DNA of 64,000 nucleotides from Perkinsus olseni (Eukaryota): NCBI GenBank assembly GCA_013115125.1, contig JABANN010000060.1, positions 1 to 64,000 of the forward strand, read 5' to 3'. Shown piece by piece: positions 52,601 to 59,963 of this stretch (position 1 is its first letter; each line of letters starts with the position of its first letter). The notes under the pieces were generated by a model. It saw only the letters and a program-made list of their open reading frames with translations, ran no database searches and was not told where the DNA came from. The position numbers and the translations under genes were made by a program.

Positions 52601-55600
52601 ACTCGCCGAGGAAGCCGGGAAAGAAGTCTGCGTGTTCAACAGATTTGCACTGTCTACGTAACACAGCTGCGCTCGAACTAGCTTCGCATCATCAACCCAT
52701 TCCCTCGAATACTCCACTTTCTATCTTACTCACTATGAGCCCAATCTACTGTGTGTTCTACAACTACACCTACTGCAACGAGATAGTGAAGACCTCCACC
52801 GAGTTCCAAGAGCTGCCTTTAACGAGTTAACACTATTCAGGAGAGCATCGACAGGAATTCTCAAATACGGCTCCTCACCTTGGCTGGCCTTGATGGAGTC
52901 CAACTTGCTACCAGAAAAGAACAACTTCACTCGAGGGTCCTCCTGGATGAACTTATACAGATCGTCGATAAATGCCTCAATGCCATCATCACCACCAAGT
53001 TGCCCGAAGAGCCCATCCGTGCCTAAAATTCGCGAGCGACGCCTTAGCGGAGCGACGCACTCCGACTCACCAGCGCTCTCGACCTTTTGCATGGCCAGCT
53101 CGTATCGCACAGTGCAGCCCTTGGTGATGTTCGTTCGCGCCTTACCCGCTACTTCAATAAGGTCCTTAGTAGCTTCCTCGTCGAGCTCCAGTACTGCGCA
53201 GGCAGCCTAGGGCACAGGAGAAGATCCCTCGACAGGAGAAGCGGTCGCTGTTGCGCTCAGCGACTTTCAGAGCGACGATGCAACGCTGGCCTCAAAACAT
53301 CGCCGACGAAGGCGTACCCTACGTGATAAGCCACAACCGGCTCTCAGATTGCTATTGTCCGAGGGCGAGCCCCACTGAGGAACAATGCCACTAAAGCAGC
53401 GTCAAGCTAGTCATGAGAAGATTCCTTACACACGGATAAGGTCGACCTCTCTGAGTAGGTCATGGATGAAAGATTCCTTTTATTCCCGAGGAAGGGGTCT
53501 CACCTGCATATTCTCCAGCACAGCGTCGAAATGGAAATCAGTAATATTCATATTAAAATGAAACGGTTGCAGCTGTTCCAAATCATATCTTTGGGGTCCA
53601 CCGCAAAGGCCGATCAACACTTGAGCCTAGGAAGGGAATCTTAGGTTGAAGATGGGATTTTACAAAATCAGCAGCCCTACGATCTTAGTTTTCTGATTCT
53701 CCTGCTTCTCCGGGTCAATCGAGAAGAAATATTTGATCCTCGGATCTTGCTGACATCCGAAGTGCCTGCGTCAAGCTAGGATACCCATCCAAATTATGCC
53801 AATACTACATAGTCTCGACCACCGCTTCAAGATTAAGCTCGCCTCCGAGCCTCTCCAAGACGCTCTTCCCCTTCACAACCTTCTGCTGAGACCCTATACC
53901 CCTCGCTTGGTTCAACACCGACGCCCGGATGGGCTCCAGCAAGAACAATACCTGACCGAACCCACCCCTGTGCAAGACCAACCCTATCGCCATTGGCTCA
54001 CCTCGTCGACCGTGGCGTCGTCGTAGCCTAAACAATAGAGGGCCTTCTCACAATCCATCATAAAACAGTCAAAAGTGAAATCATCAACGCCCATATCTTT
54101 ATGTACGCTGACCAGATCCCGTCCTGAAGTAGTACAGCAGATACGAAATCTCCCAGCACATCCTAAGTTCGGCCCAGCAGGCTTGTTACCCTTATATGCC
54201 TTTTCGCCACCGAAAAGTTCCTCCAGGTAAATCGTCTGACCAGTCTTCACCCTAACACGATCGGTCTGGACGACCGCCACAATCACGATCCTTCTCACTT
54301 CCCAATATTCTTGTCTTTGAAGAAACTCTTCAGTCGGGCATCAGCATTGATAATTTCGTAAAGTCGATCCATGAACTCCGCTATACCCTTCTTCCCTGAA
54401 AGTTGACTTCAGCGACGGAGACAGCCGAGGTCGCTGCTACAACCACCTCAGCCAGTCAGTGAGCGCTCATATCCATCTAACGGACGTGCGCGCCTCGAAT
54501 AATGGTTTCTCTGTTCTATTTATACTATTACCACTACTATGTCGAGAAAAATGAAGATTCTTAACGACACTGCTGAGCCCCGCCGGTGACTACCTTTGAG
54601 TTTCTTAAACATGTATCCATCTCCGCCAGCCTTCACGCTCGTTCTAGCCTTTTCCATCCTCACAGTGCAGCCAGTAGTAACATCTCTCCGAACCTTGCAT
54701 GGACTGATAGACTATTCCTGCGACCTGAGGGCCTTACTTTTCCCAAGGCAACGATGAGGTCTTCCTTGGCGGCGGGATGGACGTTCAACGTCGTGAAGCT
54801 GGCGTCGAAGAGCTCCAGAATCTGCAATGCAAATAAAGCAAAGAAGCGGTAGCTGAGCCGCTACCGCGTCGAAGTGGTAGTCGGTGATGTTCATGTCATA
54901 GTGAACAGGCTTCAGCGCGTCAGCATCATACAACTTGGGACCTCCCGTGAAGCCCGAAAGGAACTACATTCCACTGGAGTGTCATGAGAACTAAGATACT
55001 TTTTCCAACCTGGACCATCTTCTTTTTGATTCTGGCCATCTTTTTCTGATTTTTCTCCAAGTAAGCCCTGAAACGCATGCCAACTCGCCCTAAATTCAGC
55101 GGAGTTCAAAAAGTTTCTCAACTTTTCAATAAAGAGCTGATCAAATACAATAAATCTTGCTTTGCTACTACCTTCCGCCGAAACTACACAGCACAAGCAG
55201 AGTTGAAATCACCGAAAAACGGCATACAAGACGAGCGACAATCGCGTGAATAACACGGGTCGAGAAGGATGAGCAAAAACTCACATCGATGAGCCTTACC
55301 GAGTCCTCGAGTCAGCCACCGCTCTGCTGTACATCAGGTCAACTGCCGTCTCTATGGCCAAATCACCACCGACTCGTTCGTATCTGCCGCGGTGGAATAG
55401 AGGCCCCCGTCGAGTATAACCACTTTACAGGGAGCGCGACTTGTCGTCGTTGGCCATCTTGTTCCTGAAGGCATTCAGACCGAATGCCCCTCCCTGAGCG
55501 TTCTGCTCTGCAGCTTGTTTCACCGAGGACTTGAATCTAGCACGGTTCATGCAGCCTCGTTCCAACCTTTCCGGCGAATCTTACTGTTGGATATCTTCCT

Positions 55601-55858
55601 TCGCCCGAGCTACCATCGCCATGACTGTATCTACTTGAACGTCGACCATACCTCCACCATTCTGGCCCGGAGTCGTAGCAGCTACTAGTTGCTTTATATG
55701 GCCCAATTTACCTTACAAAGTTGACCAGAGGAACTTACGCATCCGAAAGACACGCTACCTGCTACTGCTGTTATGCTCGTCTTTACGTTTTGTATCTCAT
55801 CCCGCGTTTTACCGACTGTATTTAACAGCTCATCGACGTCTACTCCCCTCACTGCCAT
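49687..55858 (-). CDS. Polyglobin: eight tandem group-1 truncated (2/2) hemoglobin domains with an N-terminal helical extension, spliced
   Basis: Exons join in frame at GT-AG junctions from MAVRGVDVDE (55858) to SSDQD* (49687). Eight copies of the trHbN pattern ([LV]GG...Y...DxR...F[FL]...GGPxxY...LxxxH..[ML]x[IV]xDxxFD), all keeping the proximal His. Confidence 0.9.
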
Positions 55859-55898
55859 GGATTGTCCGGGGAAAGCAGATGCGGTCACAAGAAGGGAA

Positions 55899-56547
55899 GG
55901 CACGTCCATCGAGTGTCACTAAATTCTCCGTCCTAATCACTAAAAGTAGCGCGCGCCCAACTGATCGATATCTGCGCGCCGCGTTCCCCAGGCACGTGTT
56001 GCGTTTTGCACTGCTCATAGCGCACATGGTCCATCGTATACAACCAGCGAACACGTTCCGCTCTCGGCATGGTGATGAAGTTGGCCCTCAGCAGAAAAAC
56101 AAAGGAATGGCCACCAGAAACCCGAAGGGTTACCCAAGGCAACCCGAAACCGGAAGGGTTACCCGAGGCAGCCAGAAACCGGAAGGGTTACCCGAGGCAG
56201 CCAGAAACCCGAGGGCTCACCCAAGGCAACCAGAAACCGGAAGGGGCTATGTGATCGGCTCCGGAGTCCGGAGGAATCGGTAGCAGTGGGAAAGCGCGCA
56301 GATATCGATCAATTGGGCGCGCGCAACCAGGAACCCGAAGGATTGCCCGAGGCAATCAGAAACCGTTTCTGGTTACCCAAGGCAACCATAAACCCAAAGG
56401 GTTACCCAAGGGCACTTTAATCGGCTCCGGATTGCGTAGTCCGAAAGAGGCGGCAGCAGTAGGAAAGCGCGCAGATATCGATCAGTTGGGCGCGCGCTAG
56501 ATTTAGTGATTAGGACAGAGAATTTAGTGACAGCCGATGTTTGTGCC
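55899..56547. mobile_element. Non-autonomous Mutator-like DNA transposon (MITE)
   Basis: ~80-bp imperfect terminal inverted repeats (ggcac...catcg..tgtcactaaattctc.gtcctaatcactaaa..tagcgcgcgcccaactgatcgatatctgcgcgc). 9-bp flanking duplication agaagggaa (55890-55898) / agaagggag (56548-56556). Internal 29-bp tandem repeats; no transposase. Confidence 0.85.
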
Positions 56548-57091
56548 AGAAGGGAGACGTCGACTGCATCTTGCTCACTTGCTGAGTCTCAAGTTTCCTC
56601 AACACAACAGTGTTGTGACAACGATTAAAATCTTTTTCCTAAGGAGACAACACAGTGGTCTGCGCAACATGGGTGAAGCCTTATTGAATCAGTTTGTCTG
56701 TAAATTAGTAGTATATGTGAGCCATCTACAAATTCGCCACAGTTTATTACAAATTGATATGTTTTCCAAGTATGTATGGCAAAAATCTGTTATGAATGGA
56801 AAGGGGGTCGTGAAAAGGGATCTCCGGGGAGGCTGAGTAACGCCTTGGAGCATCGACGCCTACCTTTGCAGAAGTCGAAAAGGTCACTTTACGGTGTTAG
56901 CATCGCTTCAGGACTGTTTTGTGGCTTGTGGCAAGCGAACCCGCGAGACGACGGTCCATGCGGTACAGGCGCAATCATTCACAGTGTACTGTCCTCCACT
57001 GTAGCAGTTGTATCGAGCATAACGGGTCCTGGTCGTTCTCGGAGGTCTCCACTTTGCATCGTCGTGTTCGGTCGTCTTGTCTGTTGTTATC

Positions 57092-58025
57092 ATGACCATT
57101 TTCGGTACGCCAAAGCAGCTTTCAGCGTCTCTCCGACGGTTTGCCACAACGAGCATTCGCGATGTTCGGCCAGGGCAGGTATTGAAGTTCCAGGGGAAGT
57201 TTGAGACGTCCCCGGTGCAATACTGGCGAGTGAATGATCTGGGTGTCGTCAAGCAGACCGGCGTTGCCAGCACCCTAGCGGTAAGGTGGGTCCTTGCTCC
57301 TTGCAGAGTGATCAACCATCCATACCACTGCTTCCCTGATTCAAGTTTTACGTGAACTGAGCGTTGAGGGAGGTGTAGGTATCTAGAGAGGTCTACGGAT
57401 GCAGCATCCGGGATGCTCATGTGCTTACAGTAGGCCTTTCCTGACACCAACACCTCACCCAATCGTGGCGGAGGATGTATCGGCTACGATCGCAACACTG
57501 AAAGCTTGGTGCTCGGGTCGTTGGCTGCCAACGGTTGGCAGCCGCTGTGGCTTGTTTGAATTTGTGAATTCCTGAAATCTGCATCAGATAACCTATCTCA
57601 ACTTATCCACGATGAAGAACGGCCGATGGAAGGCTCAAATGAAAGAGAGAGTTGATGGTACGCACGAGTAGGGGCATAAGACTGAGAAAGATTACTCGGA
57701 GTTGCTCGTGTAGTTGTGGAGTTGGACACTAAAAGCTGCCAAGTACTGTACTACGACGAGGACGCGCGGATGCTCATCGTGAATGACGAGGATTTCAGTC
57801 AAATAGAAGTGCCCCTCAGGCTAATCAAAGGAGCGGAGAAACTTCTGCAAGGTACGATGTAGTCGGTCTCCTCTTTGCCGCGGTAACCTTTTAACGTCAG
57901 CTGGTGACAGCATCGGTGTGGGAATGGACGGGGACAACATAGTGCAGATCAGCCTTCCTAGTTCAGTGCTGCAGAAGATACGGTCCATCGGTATGGATGA
58001 TGACCATACCGCAGATGACCGGTAA
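57092..58025 (+). CDS. Organellar (probably mitochondrial) elongation factor P-like protein, two domains, spliced
   Basis: Four exons give MTIFGTPKQLSASLRRFATTS-IRDVRPGQVLKFQG...YWRV...VKQTGVASTLA|ITYLNLST...ERVD|VVELDTKSCQVLYYDED...NDEDFSQIEVP...EKLLQ|AGDSIGV..DGDNIVQISLP, matching EF-P KOW-like and OB domains. Confidence 0.75.
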
Positions 58026-58218
58026 GGTCATGTGAAGGTGTCACTACATGTGCAGTATGAGCTCAGTGAGCTCGATTCGTTTCCGCTCAACTCAGTTTTC
58101 AGTTTGTAGGGGTTTGATAAGGGTTGGAGCTTTTGAAAATTTTGGGTCAGAAGCGTTTCACACTACATTGCACTCAGACGGGCTGCGATGGAGAAAAATT
58201 GCGCGTGTGCGACGGTGT

Positions 58219-58386
58219 ACAGTGTCGGCCCCCACATAGGCATCTCACAGCGTCGGCCCCCACATAGGCATCTCACAGCGTCGGCCCCCACATAGGCATC
58301 TCACAGTGGAGGCCCCCACATAGGCACCTCACAGTGTCGGCCCCCACATAGGCACCTCACTGTGTCGGCCCCTATCTAGGCATCCC
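58219..58386. repeat. 28-bp minisatellite, 6 copies
   Basis: Head-to-tail variants of acagtgtcggcccccacataggcatctc with no spacers; last copy degenerate. Confidence 0.92.
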
Positions 58387-59963
58387 GTAGCGTCGGCATG
58401 ACCTCTGTGATTCTGCCAAGGGATTTTCGCGATATTTCGAGGGCGAAACTTGCACTATTGAAGATGTATCCTCCTCGGCTCTCCCATGTCCCTAGGTCGC
58501 GTTGAAGGGACATCTTCGCGGTTGTCCTCGTAGTACTGTGCCTCGTAGAAGCTGTAGCTAGGGTCGAGCGGGATTGCAGATTCAATTCTCTGCGAGAGAC
58601 GCGCTCTCCATGTTCGCGGCAGGCATCACTGCCTGGTAGTACCAGGCTGGTGCGAGAAATTAGTCTTTTTTTGATATCCTCCTATGCGCCTCTCAGTCGA
58701 GCTTTAACTTGCTTCGATATTCAGGCTCTGTGTTATCCTCAAGTGTTCAATTCTATTGGGCCGCCTAGTGCTGACCGGTGTTATTGGAAGCGCTCGTCTT
58801 TCAACTCGGTGTAGCAATCCCACCTTAATAGTCACTCCCCTGTTAGTTTGTACGATATGCCGTTACTGGAGTCCCGCAGCAGGAAAGGCTCTGTTGAGGG
58901 AGTGGTAGGAGCACTAACGATACAAGGACCAGTCAAAGATTGACGACCTTGACTGGCCGATGAAGGAGGGGCAATTACGAGGTTAGCTGATCTCCCCGAG
59001 ATCGACCAACTTCATGTGTACGCATATACATTGGTCAGGCGTGCCGATGACAGCTTCACCAATAACCCTAGCAATTCTCTATCCACTGATTCCATCGAAG
59101 CCGAGATAGTTTTTTAGTCCGTAGTCGTTGGCGAAATTGACCAGTTGATCCCCAGTTCGTAGCGTTTACTCTGTAGTCCGAGCTTACAGAGTATCCACGC
59201 CGTTCCGCTGGGGAGGCGACGACCGTTTGTGTTACCTTGAAGAGGACCTTCATCAGTTGCTTCGAGTTTCTAATAGTTACTTCAGTGTTCAGTGCGGAAA
59301 ACGTCTTTGTGACCGAGCCCTCTCATTTTCGTGACCATTTCGACATCGTTGAGGGTTTTATCATATTCAGACAGTCTGCTACATAGTTTAGGCATCGGCG
59401 AGTGCTGGGATTCTCACACGTCTTGGTCAATGAACCAGATCTCTTATTCGCTCGGTAGGCTCCCTGGCCTCAGGGGCCCTGAGTCAGGGCAGCGCCCTGC
59501 ACGCATGCACACGATATCCCCGTCAGGTCCTGCAGTATCCTTTTTTACTGTAGCCGTATGTTGCTCATGAGATAGCCAGCTGATGAGGAAGTATACTGTA
59601 CCCTGCGGGGGTTCTGAGGCCCGGAGCTGCTAATCTTGGCAATGGTGCTGGCTAGTTCTCGTTTCCATAAGGGGACAGTAGGTTGTGTGTAGCTGTTAGC
59701 TGGGGTTCCGCGCGCCGCTGATTTGCTAGCGTGGATGCCATGTAGGTTCTATGGCTGAGCAGCGCTGTGATATTAGCCTGAAAAAGCATATCGCCATATA
59801 GGCTATCCGCTAATAGACTCCCGCCATATCGACTCTTAGTCTTGTCAGGACTGTGGAGCTCTCAAGGATTCTGTCGCGTGGGTCTCTGACAGTGTGATAT
59901 AAACGACGTATTGCGGTGATTCCCACAAGGCTGTCCTCTGTATTTAGTTTCTTCTTGCTCATC

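Noticed and set aside
49687-55858. Tandem array of separate single-domain globin genes
   Set aside because: Several domain junctions lie within continuous exons with no stop codon (for example D2-D3 and D7-D8), and the others splice in frame.
56114-56411. CRISPR-like or coding repeat (ORFs 55879-56283 and 56069-56254)
   Set aside because: Spacerless tandem units inside a TIR-bounded element; the ORFs are by-products of the repeat.
58219-58386. CRISPR-like array
   Set aside because: Units are contiguous with no unique spacers, no cas genes are present, and the context is eukaryotic.
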